A stretch of DNA of 64,000 nt from Andalucia godoyi And28 (lineage: Eukaryota; Protista; Jakobida): positions 128,749 through 192,748 of the forward strand of contig VRVR01000024.1 in the NCBI GenBank assembly GCA_009859145.1. Direction: 5' to 3'. The notes below the pieces were generated by a model, which saw nothing but the letters and a program-made list of their open reading frames with translations, was not told where the DNA came from and made no database searches. Positions 20,534 to 30,825 of this stretch are shown piece after piece; positions within the stretch are counted from its first letter, which is position 1, and every line of letters starts with the position of its first letter. Position numbers and translations under genes: made by a program.

Positions 20534-20776
20534 CTCAATCTCTCTTTTCTCTTTTGTTTTCCTTCTTTTCAAAACCAAACAAACAAACAATAACACCAAG
20601 ATCAAAAATTTAATTTAAAAAAAAAGTAATGATAAAACAATTCAAAAGAGGCAGATCCTGGGGAAAAAGCAAAAGGATGCGAGAACGATTGGACAACTGG
20701 GGAAGCTTGAGAGAGAGCAAAGGAGAGAGAGCAAAAACGAGACCGGGAAAATCACAATGTGGTCGTTGGAATTCCC

Positions 20777-20813
20777 AGACTTGAGACTTGAGACTTGAGA
20801 CTTGAGACTTGAG
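20777..20813. repeat. Tandem heptamer (AGACTTG)5
   Basis: Directly visible in the divergent promoter region upstream of ARPC3. Confidence 0.9.
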
Positions 20814-21004
20814 CAATTGAAGCGGTCTCCAGCCTTCGGGGGCCATTCATTTGCTGAAGTCTGAGGCGGCTGCTGCTGCTGCTGCTGCTGCTGTTGTTGT
20901 TGTTATTGTGCTTCAGAGCTTCACGAATTCAGGGTATTATTTGTGATATTAAAATTATTTTGTTGGTTGCTTGTGGAGGACCATAGAGGAAGAAACAAAA
21001 GAAG

Positions 21005-21529
21005 ATGGTGTATCATTCCGAGTTTGCGAACTCAAATGCGCAGATTGCGTGCTCGATTCCGATTCTTCCCGTCAAGACGTCGGTTCGAGGTCCCGCACCG
21101 GCGTTTGTAGCGAGCAGTCCGGATGCACGCGACATTGTGGATGAGACGTTGTATTATTTCAAATCGAATGTTCTGTTCCGGAACTTTGAGGTGAAGAATT
21201 CTGCAGATCGCTTGCTTATTTACCTCACAATGTACACGTCACTGTGTCTGCAGAAGTTGGAGGATGTAAAGGACAAGAATGCAGCCGTCAAGGCGCTCAC
21301 GATGCTTGCATCGGAGTCCGTATCGATTCCGGGAGATGGCACATTCACGCTCAACGCCTTCTTTGAAAAACCAAAGTCAGCTGCAGAGGGCGAGACGTGC
21401 AGGACGTACTTTAAACAAGTCCGCGAAGAACTCGGAATCCGTCTAGCTGAACGCGTCTTTGAAACTCCAGTGTCGAAAAAGTACTGGTTGTGCTTCTCGA
21501 AACGCAAGTTCCTCAACAAGACTCTGTAA
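21005..21529 (+). CDS. ARPC3: Arp2/3 complex subunit 3 (p21-Arc)
   Basis: MVYHS, LPVKTSVRGPAP, DIVDETLYYFKSNVLFRNFEVK..ADRLLIYLT, SKKYWLCFSKRKF. Confidence 0.97.
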   Translation: MVYHSEFANSNAQIACSIPILPVKTSVRGPAPAFVASSPDARDIVDETLYYFKSNVLFRNFEVKNSADRLLIYLTMYTSLCLQKLEDVKDKNAAVKALTMLASESVSIPGDGTFTLNAFFEKPKSAAEGETCRTYFKQVREELGIRLAERVFETPVSKKYWLCFSKRKFLNKTL

Positions 21530-21541
21530 TTCAGACGACGC

Positions 21542-21586
21542 AGAGAGAGAGAGAGAGAGAGAGAGAGTGTGTGTGTGTGTGTGTGT
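21542..21586. repeat. (GA)n(GT)n microsatellite
   Basis: Directly visible downstream of ARPC3. Confidence 0.9.
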
Positions 21587-21733
21587 GATTTTTGATGAAG
21601 AAGGGGCAGAAATAGGGGAATGAGAAAATGTGAACGTTCTTGCTCGGTTCATATGCTGAACAGGCTGATGCAGAGTTTTCGTTGTTTTTTAAAAAAAAAA
21701 TGCAGATACGTTTGATGTGTGCTTTAAAAGACT

Positions 21734-23761
21734 CTATTTAAAATCAGTGCGGTGTGCAGTCAGACGAACGCGAAATACGAGACTGTCGGCGTTCCACAGG
21801 AATCCGCGAGAAGGATCGGTGAGATGTGCAAGCGAATACTCAGGACGAAGGAACGTGTCTTCATGCTGGGTCTGGAGCACTCCGTACGCCATTCGAGAAG
21901 ACACCGTTCGAGAGTGGTCCATTCTGTTCAGCAAGCTGATCTCGTACGAAACGGAGCGCCGGACGGATTCCAAAAGAGGGCGCGAGGGAGGATTGCTGCG
22001 CCCCCAGCCCAGAACAGGGACAATGTGTCTGGAATGAAGAGCTGACTGCTGCGAGCTTGTGGTGACTGCAGGCCCAGCAGCTGCAATGCCTTGCATGAGC
22101 TCAGTGCGCAGTCGTTCTTGGAATTCGTTCAGCTCCCGCGGTTGCTGCGGCTGCTGCTCTGCACCAAGTTGATCTCCTGGTCCCTGTCCAGGATCGACAT
22201 CTCGAACCGGAACGCTAAAGTTCGAAAAGTGCGAAGACCCAGAGGAGCCGGAGCGCGCATTGCCGGGAACTGTCGTTGCGGTGACCTTCAAAAACCACCA
22301 CTGGTCTCCGATGGAAAATTCAGAAGATCCAACTTCTGTGATGAGTGTGGCTGTGGCCTGCATCGCAGATGCCGGTTGAATAAGCTCGCGAATTGGCACT
22401 CGGATGAGCAGAATAACGCGATTTGCATTGAATTGTCGGACAAGAACAAGATCCGACGACGAAGGTCCAAACCCAGCACGTGGTCGGCTCGACACCGGTG
22501 CCGTTGTGGAAAAATTGCTCGTTGTCGGGACTGAAGATGCGATATCCTGTCGAATGCCAGCGGCGGCATGATCATCGTCGTCGTGCTGGATAAACAGCCT
22601 TTCATAGGCCTGCAGGATCTGTTCCTCGACAATCGAGCGAAGCCGCGCGTTGCTTGCGAGAAACGGGCTTCTTCGAACGGCCGCAAGATCCACCGGTGCC
22701 ATCATGCTGAATCGCACCATACGGACAAGCGATGCTGCAAGTTGGTCAAACTGCTCTTGCGTATAGTACCCGGCATGCATGTTGAACTCCAGCCATTCGA
22801 TCAGGGAGAGGAAAACGTCCAGCTCGTTTTTCACGCACATGCTGTCGCTTCGAAGGATTCGAATCAACGTGTCAGGGTCAAGAAGAAGAAACTCTTCACT
22901 TCTCGAAACGTCCCGTATACACAACCCTAACACACCCGCCGCCGCATCTTGCAAACTCTGATTCGACGTCAGACACCCTGCACGGAACACCGACAGCGCA
23001 TTCTCGGCGGAGAGTCGATCCTCAATAAAGACAGACGCGGCTCGTTTCAGAGAGCTGATTTGGTACTTGTCTGCGAGAAACAGAAAATTAACTGCACTCT
23101 CGTTGGAAATAGGATTTCTTCTCAGGTAGAGAAACTCGAGGAGTGGATGAAGAAGATGTGACGGAATGTCTTCCAGATAAATGCAGTCCAGCAGAACATT
23201 CTGTTGTGCGCCGCCATCTCCAGCCTGTTCTTTATCACCGTCTTCTGCTTCTGCTTCACGGACCTGGGGGATTCGTCGTTCTCTTTCCTGTCTCTTTTGC
23301 TCGAGGAACACAGGGTCGGAAAAGAGAAACTTGAAAAAGGATGAACTGCTTGCAAGCAGATACTTGTGAGCGGGATATCGAACACCGTCTCGAGAAACGA
23401 GAATGACATCTGCAAAGTTCATCGTCACGCTGCTTGGGACACCCATGCATCTGGACGTGCTCATCCATTCTTGACCATCCGCACCAGCCCCGGAACTCGT
23501 CTTCGCGCTGGTTCCCAGCGGATTGCAGAACAGCGACTGAGTGTATTGGACCAGTCCAGCCACGCTCGCGGAAAAGTGTGGATCTCGCATAATCTCGGCT
23601 GGAGAAGGAAAGCCCTCACTGGTGTAGGTGGGGTCACTGCGGACTGCAGTGGACGAGCCATCTATGCGGGCTGGCGACTCGTAATCCACATGAACTGGCA
23701 GGCTGATGTTTGATAGTACCGGTGGCACAAATTCATTGTAATTCGATGATCTTCTGATCAT
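21734..23761 (-). CDS. BTB-BACK domain protein with probable C-terminal MATH/TRAF-like domain
   Basis: ADVILV...YPAHKYLLASSSSFFK (BTB), LLEFLY, LADKYQI, BACK (SEEFLLL...ELDVF), then FSIGDQWWFLKV...YEISLLN...LTDPSRGFL. Confidence 0.85.
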   Translation of the reverse strand: MIRRSSNYNEFVPPVLSNISLPVHVDYESPARIDGSSTAVRSDPTYTSEGFPSPAEIMRDPHFSASVAGLVQYTQSLFCNPLGTSAKTSSGAGADGQEWMSTSRCMGVPSSVTMNFADVILVSRDGVRYPAHKYLLASSSSFFKFLFSDPVFLEQKRQERERRIPQVREAEAEDGDKEQAGDGGAQQNVLLDCIYLEDIPSHLLHPLLEFLYLRRNPISNESAVNFLFLADKYQISSLKRAASVFIEDRLSAENALSVFRAGCLTSNQSLQDAAAGVLGLCIRDVSRSEEFLLLDPDTLIRILRSDSMCVKNELDVFLSLIEWLEFNMHAGYYTQEQFDQLAASLVRMVRFSMMAPVDLAAVRRSPFLASNARLRSIVEEQILQAYERLFIQHDDDDHAAAGIRQDIASSVPTTSNFSTTAPVSSRPRAGFGPSSSDLVLVRQFNANRVILLIRVPIRELIQPASAMQATATLITEVGSSEFSIGDQWWFLKVTATTVPGNARSGSSGSSHFSNFSVPVRDVDPGQGPGDQLGAEQQPQQPRELNEFQERLRTELMQGIAAAGPAVTTSSQQSALHSRHIVPVLGWGRSNPPSRPLLESVRRSVSYEISLLNRMDHSRTVSSRMAYGVLQTQHEDTFLRPEYSLAHLTDPSRGFLWNADSLVFRVRLTAHRTDFK

Positions 23762-24518
23762 GGTTATTGCCGACGCAACCTTGCAATCGCGCGATGGTGA
23801 GGGTGATGGAGATGGAGATGGGAGGATAGGTGCGGTGGAGTCGCTGAGCTGCTTCAGAGGAAGAAACGTAAAGAGGTATTAAACTTGATCCAGAAGAAAC
23901 AACATGGAAAGTCAAAAGGAATGCCGTTGGTCGTGGTTTTTTTTGTTTTGTATTTTTGCGTTGGTCGCTTTCGTTTCAACATTGAGTTCGGAAAAGGGAG
24001 AGAGAGGAGAGGGGGGAAGGAGACGTTGTTTCTTGGGGGGGGGGGAAGGAACTTCAATCACAGTCCTCTTCTTGTCTAGGGTGCCAAAAGTGCTTGTACT
24101 GCAAGTTTCTTCTATCGAACTTCACGTTCGCCTGCGAAATTGTTCGCTCGTGCTTTCCCATTCGAGCTTTATGGGAATTGTACCAGCAGATTGTTCAACT
24201 CCTTTAAGCAGCAGCCTCCGCGCTGCAGGAGCAGAACGCACCAAAACTGTATCCACCAGATCGCGGGTTCTCCGTGACCTTTTCCTCCCCTCTGCACAAA
24301 GGTCATCACAACCAGCCAAACAAAGACAGGAGAACATCTCATTTTATCATTTTCTATGAAAATGGATAGCAAAAATTCTCATAAGGTGTTTCTTCATTTT
24401 ACCGCACCCGGGCCCTCAACTGCCTGATTCAATGCACCGGTGGACATTGTCTGTGCTCTGGTTGCATGTCGTTTTGGAGTCTTTGGATTTTCGGATGTGG
24501 ATGCTTCCTCTGCACTTT

Positions 24519-25421
24519 TTAGAATCCGATCTTGGGCAAGGAGATGGACGGGAGCCTGTCAACAAGGTTCGAGACTGCGTTTGCAGCTCTTTTTGCAGCG
24601 TTTGCAGTCATGATCAAAGTTAGGGCAGCAGCGGACTTTGCTTTTGTTTCTGCGGAAGTATTGTCGTCCATTGCAGCGTTCTTGAACACAGCGCAGACAG
24701 CGTCTTCATTCTCCGGGATTGTAAGGCCAATCTTTGTCAGTGCCAAGATGGAAACTGCGGAGGTTTCATCGTCATCCGATGTGAATTTCTGCTTGAAGAC
24801 TTCGATGCCTCCCTGCGCAACAACATCGGCAGTGTTGACCAGTGCACTGAACATCATCGCGATGACTCCGAACTTTGCAATCGCAGGGTCCGCAAGCTTG
24901 CACAGGAACCGGAAGATTTTTGCGGGTGCATTCTTGAGCGCTTCTGGAACAAGATCATCCAGCTTGGTAAGCTTGGACAGTTCCGGAACCCCACAAATAA
25001 AGCCTCCTCCACTGAGCAGCTTGACGAATTCATGGAGAACTTCGCCGATCTCCAACACCACGGATCGGATGTCCTCGCTGATCATGCTGGCTGCCTTGAC
25101 GAAGAACTCCTTCACGGCTGCAAAGGTCTCTCCAACAGTCTTTGCAAGCAACGTGATCAGATCTTTCGGGAATGAAACCGCCTTTCCGAGATCCGACTGC
25201 CCTGCGTCCTGCGCACTGTCCTTCAGCTTTGCAAGCAGAGGCCGCAGCTCGTGGACAGACTTGGCCACATTTCCAGCTGCGATCCAAGTAGGAATTGCAC
25301 ACAGCGCACGGCACCCAGCAATTTTCTGGACCGCCTTTTTAAACTCTTCTTCGAGCATCTTCTGCACTGTCTCTGCAATCCTTGCCGGAAGCGCCTTGAT
25401 TTCGTCGTCCGTGAATGGCAT
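24519..25421 (-). CDS. Hypothetical alpha-helical protein (300 aa)
   Basis: Long ORF with amphipathic Ala/Lys/Leu-rich composition and biased codons; no family recognised. Confidence 0.7.
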   Translation of the reverse strand: MPFTDDEIKALPARIAETVQKMLEEEFKKAVQKIAGCRALCAIPTWIAAGNVAKSVHELRPLLAKLKDSAQDAGQSDLGKAVSFPKDLITLLAKTVGETFAAVKEFFVKAASMISEDIRSVVLEIGEVLHEFVKLLSGGGFICGVPELSKLTKLDDLVPEALKNAPAKIFRFLCKLADPAIAKFGVIAMMFSALVNTADVVAQGGIEVFKQKFTSDDDETSAVSILALTKIGLTIPENEDAVCAVFKNAAMDDNTSAETKAKSAAALTLIMTANAAKRAANAVSNLVDRLPSISLPKIGF

Positions 25422-25836
25422 CCTTCTGTTCTTACTTATCAGGTCCTGATTCCCGCCTCGAAGAGAACGAAAAGAAGCGTATATATATGTCCTTAATTAA
25501 AACTGAAAAAATGAAAAAAGAAAGAGACAGAATGCACACACGCTCACAGAAAGAAGGAAAGAGGAGGTGTATTCTGTTCCAGGATGAAAAATGAAAGGAA
25601 GGAAGAACAAGGTCTAAAAAAAGTAAGCCAACAAGAAAGAAAGAGAGAAAGAAAGAGAGAGAGAGAGAGAGAGAGAAACGGCAGTGATATGAGAGAACAA
25701 AGGAAATTGCAAATGTGGATGTGTAAAAATGTCGTTGCAAACTTCAAACAAGGACGTAATTTACAGAGAAGAGCGCAGAAAGGAAGAAAGACGGGTTTGA
25801 GTAAGAGAGGAAGGAAGCGAGATATGGATAACAAAT

Positions 25837-26187
25837 TCATAATGCGACACCATAGACTGTGGCGACACAGCACAAGCTCTTATTATCGGATTCCATGGGA
25901 ACCGAGACTGAGTCGTCTGTATTTGCGTCCCAAAAGCACGACGAGGCTGTATGGACGCCAGCTCCAGTTCTTTGGATGATCATGCACGTGACAATGTATT
26001 TGAACGGGTTGTTGAGAGCTACCAATCGTTTCGTCACGTCTTCACACACTGTATTGATCCACTGACCTACTTTCTTATGATCGTATGTCGCATCCAACAA
26101 GTGTTTTTCAACAACCTCCTTCACGATCTGATACGCTTCTTCTCGATTGAACGCCACAACCTCCTTCTTGTCAAAATCAGAATCCAT
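25837..26187 (-). CDS. DYNLT1: Dynein light chain Tctex-1
   Basis: YDHKKVGQW, PFKYIVTCMIIQRTGAGVHTASSCFWD..TD. Confidence 0.95.
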   Translation of the reverse strand: MDSDFDKKEVVAFNREEAYQIVKEVVEKHLLDATYDHKKVGQWINTVCEDVTKRLVALNNPFKYIVTCMIIQRTGAGVHTASSCFWDANTDDSVSVPMESDNKSLCCVATVYGVAL

Positions 26188-26733
26188 TCGACCTTGTTCT
26201 GTTCTTTAAATGCCTTAAAACCTTCTTTTTCTTTTTCTTTTTTCTTTTTTCTTTTTCTTGCTCTTGTTAGAATTATTGCTGTGTCGTCGTCGTCGTCGTC
26301 GTCGTCTCAGTAGTAGTAGTAGTCTGACTGTCTTGATGAACCTAAACACCTCAGCACTATACGGTTGACCGTTTTGTGTATGAACAACATCAAACAAACA
26401 GCATCGCACCGGAAGTTTGCATATCAAACCCTATGGGACGCAATTTTCCTACCGTAGTCAAGTCTAGGAATTTCTTTTCATTCTTTCCCTTTTAATTCCT
26501 TCTATTATTCTCGCTGTTTGTTTCTCATATTTATAACCGAACCCTCAAGAAGCACCTTTCATCAAGGACAAAACATCTCATGGCTCCAAGGAGGGATCTT
26601 CCCAACAAGCTCAAACCGGCCATGCCCCGAAGATAGCGAGAACCAAGGAACCCGTTGATTCCCTTCTCGTCGGAGGCGGAGAGCAAGATGAAGAAGAAGA
26701 TCGTCAGACGGCAACTTGCTGAGCAAGCTGCTG

Positions 26734-27462
26734 ATGATCATCAAATCACGAAGAAGTGATCGATTTGCGTTCGGAATGCGCTCTCAAGTCAGAGAACAAG
26801 AAGGAGCAAAGGAAAATGCGTCATCAGGCGCAATGTGTCCCACCGCCGACCTGATTCTCTTTTCTCCAGCGTTCATTTTGAATGATGAATCGATTGGGGA
26901 ATATGTCGATTGCGATGACCAGCAATCTGCATTGAAGAGTTGGTGCTCGCTCCAAGTTAAAATAAAAACATGTGTTCTTGGATCTGTCGTCGGTGACAGT
27001 TTAGCCGATGAATAATAACACGCCATTGTCATGCATACGAAAGTACACATAAACAGACGCGACCTGTGACACAGGCTCCGCATTTTCGACGCTATTTAAC
27101 GCAACATCCGTGGCCATCTATTCCATCATTCGTTCAGCGCACTGCCAAGAGGCGAACTTCCAAGACACGATCTCCAATCCCCAGCACGCAGGGCAGCCAA
27201 CCCCAAGCAGAAGCCTCAGGGACCGTCTCTTGCAGAACTCTTGGTTTTCTGCTGCGATGCACCAGGCGCAGTCGCAGTCGCAGTCGCAATACCCCACCGT
27301 CTTCCTACCGCCTCTTCCTCTCGTATCTCCAGGTGCATCAATCGCGCTGCAACTGAGGACACGAAAGCGCCTGCTGCTAGGGCCGTCAGCATCAAAATGC
27401 ACCCTTCTCAGGAACAACGGGATGCAAGACTGAATATGCATGTTCAACGTATAATGTAGGCG
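26734..27462 (+). mobile_element. Copy A of dispersed repeat family (internally deleted relative to copy B)
   Basis: Near-identical to the reverse complement of 63124-63983 from atgatcatcaaatcacg to taatgtaggcg; lacks about 115 bp present in copy B. Confidence 0.85.
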
Positions 27463-27871
27463 ATGATGATGACCAACAACGAGTCATATTTTGGCGAGCG
27501 TTTTTCTCGTTGATGATTTCGGAAAGAAAAAGACTGTCTGGTCTCAATGGATGCTAGGTAACTTCCGGAAACGGATGGATTGATGCAGAGTGACATTGCC
27601 CATCGGTTCACTTCCACTGGGATCCAAAAATAGCCATACGTTCCACCGCCATTTTATTTTTTACGTTCACGTTTTTTATTATTATTCACGCTTTTTCTCT
27701 GTTTGGTTCTTCTTTCTGTTTTTTCTTTCCTCCTTCTCTTTTTTCTATATTGACGACAAGGCGTTATTCATAGAGAATAGTAAGTACTGCAAAGGAAGAA
27801 AGACAGGCAAGCCGCGGGAGAGAGAGAGAGAGAGAGAGAGATATCAAACAAGACAAAAAACAACAAAGGAA

Positions 27872-28300
27872 ATGAAGATTGATCGAGCAATGATTCCAGC
27901 GTCAAAGTGTGTTGTAGTGTCTCCGCGTTCGACTGTTTTTGAAGCGGGTCAGCTGATGGCGAAGTTCCATGTTGGATCTGTGGTGATTTCGGACAATGGT
28001 CGAGCGGTTGGACTCATTACAAAGACCGACGTGATCCGCTCCACGTTTGGACTGGAACAGGATCCGAAGACCACCTTGGTTGGGGAACTCGCCACAAAGC
28101 GCGCACTCGTTACCATTCCATCGTCAAAGGACGTTGCACAGGCTGCAGCACTCATCGCGGAAAACAAGATCCATCATGTGGTTGTGACGGATGAGGAAGG
28201 ACTCTTTGCCGGAGTAATTTCGTCATGGGATATTGCTCGTGAAGCCGATTTAGACAACAAGGCATTCCCATACAGTCGAGAAGCACTGGCGATGCTCTAA
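27872..28300 (+). CDS. CBS-pair domain protein
   Basis: Two CBS motifs: TVFEAGQLMAKFHVGSVVISDNGRAVGLITKTD and AAALIAENKIHHVVVTDEEGLFAGVISSWD. Confidence 0.9.
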   Translation: MKIDRAMIPASKCVVVSPRSTVFEAGQLMAKFHVGSVVISDNGRAVGLITKTDVIRSTFGLEQDPKTTLVGELATKRALVTIPSSKDVAQAAALIAENKIHHVVVTDEEGLFAGVISSWDIAREADLDNKAFPYSREALAML

Positions 28301-28498
28301 TGAAGAACAGGCCCCTCATAAATCCGCCAATTATAGCAACTATGACCACTTCACTTTGCATGAAGAAGAAAAACGGGACAGCACGAATCAGTGAACGCAG
28401 GAGATTGAAAGTTGGTTTCATTTAAGGATGATAAATACATTCGGTTGGGAGGAACACCGCGACGCAACTAAAAATCAGTTGGACGGAAGACAATTGGA

Positions 28499-29917
28499 TC
28501 AAGGTTGGGATTCCCATGCTTCGACGTCTCCATTGAGTTGATATGTGGCGCTTTTCTGGTCTCTCATTTGCCCCTTGAGCGACGATGCCTTTCCCATGTG
28601 CTCGACGGGATTCGGAGTGCGCACCGTGATGGAAGCATCGTGTTCCTTTGCAAAGTTCGATATTTGCCAATCGACAGGCGATTCGTCGTATCGCGCATAT
28701 ATATACTCGTAAAGCAACGGGGCATACACTGCATTATACGTTTTCGCGACCGCACCGTCCATCCTGGTTGGTCCAAACGATATAGACTGGTGCTGGTCCC
28801 ACAGCGACACCGCAAGCCACTTTTCCCCGTTCTTCTCTGCATGTTCTTGAAGCGACGTTTCCAGCGAGTGCATCCCCTTTCGCGAAAAATGCACGTCGTC
28901 TTGCACAATCGTGACAAACTGGTGTTCATCAGAGCCGAAAAGCTCGCACGTCTGCAGTGCAAATGCATAATCCTGAGCCTCCTTCGATCGCCAAGCGATC
29001 CGTTCATCCGAGTCCCCGAGCGTCTTTTTCACAGGCTTCAGCACTGGCCGCGCAGCATCAGACCGCGTATAAAACACAATCGGTGGCGTGGCATAAGGAG
29101 ACGTTGTTGTAGAAGAAGTAGAAGACGCAGAAGAAGGAGCAGCCGCCGTCGTTGTCGCTTCTGATGATGCCGACGCAGCAGCACACATTTCATCAATGTC
29201 CACCATGGAATTCGTGACGCCCGCATGCGGATCTGTAACAAAGACATACAAGGGATACACGTCTGATGCAGCCTTGATGAACGACCGGATTGTTGCCGAG
29301 AGGTATTCGACCGAATGCCTCGGTGCACTCAGTATGCAGATTGGAAAGCGAGTCACTGGCATCTGCTGTGCACTTGTCTTTGTCTGCTTCTCTGTCCCGT
29401 CGCCATCCTTTGCGGACGGGCATCCGGTTGTGTAATCCCGAATAATGCGGATGGACGGATCTAGTGGGATATATGAAAAGAGAGCAGAATAAGACGTGGA
29501 CGATTGCCGCACGTCTTCTTCCTCGACATGTTCGTGAATCACAACCTTTTCCTTTTCTCTCTTCACCGAGTCCTTGTCGAGCTTTTTAGGATCCAACGGC
29601 ATCCTTTCTGTCACTTCCCCCGTCGAATTTTGAGAAACGGGAGGTAATTTTGCAGGCTTGATGCGAGGTTCTGGGTTTGGACTTGGACTCTGCTCCTTTT
29701 GATGATCCTTGAATCTTCGCGATCGCAGAAACACATCTTCTTCGGCATTCAAATTGATGTTATCGCTACTGGAACGAACCCCAGTGTTGGAAGCGAGCGA
29801 CGATGCCGACATTGAAAGCGAAGCAAAATACATAAACGCAAACGTGGAAACCGCACAAATCCACAGCGATCGACGCGTTCGAGCTTGGCGACTTATCCAA
29901 AGTGCAGATCTCATCAT
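28499..29917 (-). CDS. Type II membrane glycosyltransferase-like protein (GT-A fold, MGAT4/PGAP4-like)
   Basis: N-terminal TM helix, stem region, then RHSVEYLSATI, KEAQDYAFALQ, VTIVQDD (DxD-like) and VEHMG. Confidence 0.6.
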   Translation of the reverse strand: MMRSALWISRQARTRRSLWICAVSTFAFMYFASLSMSASSLASNTGVRSSSDNINLNAEEDVFLRSRRFKDHQKEQSPSPNPEPRIKPAKLPPVSQNSTGEVTERMPLDPKKLDKDSVKREKEKVVIHEHVEEEDVRQSSTSYSALFSYIPLDPSIRIIRDYTTGCPSAKDGDGTEKQTKTSAQQMPVTRFPICILSAPRHSVEYLSATIRSFIKAASDVYPLYVFVTDPHAGVTNSMVDIDEMCAAASASSEATTTAAAPSSASSTSSTTTSPYATPPIVFYTRSDAARPVLKPVKKTLGDSDERIAWRSKEAQDYAFALQTCELFGSDEHQFVTIVQDDVHFSRKGMHSLETSLQEHAEKNGEKWLAVSLWDQHQSISFGPTRMDGAVAKTYNAVYAPLLYEYIYARYDESPVDWQISNFAKEHDASITVRTPNPVEHMGKASSLKGQMRDQKSATYQLNGDVEAWESQP

Positions 29918-30456
29918 TTTCTCATATCCACCCAAATTCAAAATCCCGTACTATATAATAAAAATTATTGAGCTGATATTTTTTAAAATGCAAAATAACA
30001 CTATCATAAATAAATAAATAAACATATATATATATATATATCTAAATAATAACAATAATAAAAACACTCTCAAAATGCTGCAAAAGTCATCTGGCTTAAT
30101 TGCCCCAAATCGCTGTCAGCTTGGTTGATCAAAACCTCATTGACGCTGGGGTTTCCCTTTTGCCGAGAATGACAATGTTGACACGGATGATGGGCGGGCC
30201 CGACAGAGACGTCCAATTGAGGGGGGCGGATCTCAAGCTGCAGACTACAGAAGGTTGACGGTGTTGCATGGCGCTTTTTTAATTGGGCGGTTGCTTAAGC
30301 ATTCCTCACGAAATACATCGCAAGTAGTTACTTGGAAATCAAATTCATACAAACTAGTGGAGGAAGAAAGAAAAGGCAGAATAAGCAGACTGTTAAATAC
30401 AACTGTTCGATATCTTCCCTCCGTTCTATTCTTTTCATTATTTTGAACAGCACCGG

Positions 30457-30825
30457 ATGGCGAGCTATAATGATTGGGAAACAGGTTTGAACGCGTGCAT
30501 GACGGATCCCGGAGTTTGTTGCAACACCTTGTTTTGCTGTCCGCTGCAGGTTGCCATGAACAAGGCGAACTTGGATCGCAGAGTCTGCTCAGTGTGTGAC
30601 TTGCTGTTTTGTTTCCCTTTCCAAGAGTATTTCAACAGGCAGCAAATTCGAGCAAAGTACGGATTTCCGCAAGAGGCATTCGCAGATTGTTTGGCCGTCA
30701 CCATGTGCGCATGCTGCGTGGTCTGCCAAGATGCCAGAGAAATTCAGTTTCGTGAAACACATGTTGCAGACTCTAAAACTATGGAATCGTACGCGTCAAA
30801 ACGTGTCGGAACAAGGAAATCGTAA
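30457..30825 (+). CDS. PLAC8-family cysteine-rich protein
   Basis: WETGLNAC..D...CC...FCCP, RQQIRAKYG, DCLAVTMCACCVVCQDARE. Confidence 0.9.
   Translation: MASYNDWETGLNACMTDPGVCCNTLFCCPLQVAMNKANLDRRVCSVCDLLFCFPFQEYFNRQQIRAKYGFPQEAFADCLAVTMCACCVVCQDAREIQFRETHVADSKTMESYASKRVGTRKS

Noticed and set aside
24532-25449. 305-aa plus-strand ORF antisense to the orphan helical protein
   Set aside because: In this shifted register, stops arise mainly from Tyr, His or Gln codons of the sense gene; the sense protein has no Tyr and few His/Gln, which explains the open frame.
26540-26733. Coding-like segment just upstream of repeat copy A
   Set aside because: About 60 codons with no start codon, ending in a stop; cannot be assigned to the element or to a gene from this window.
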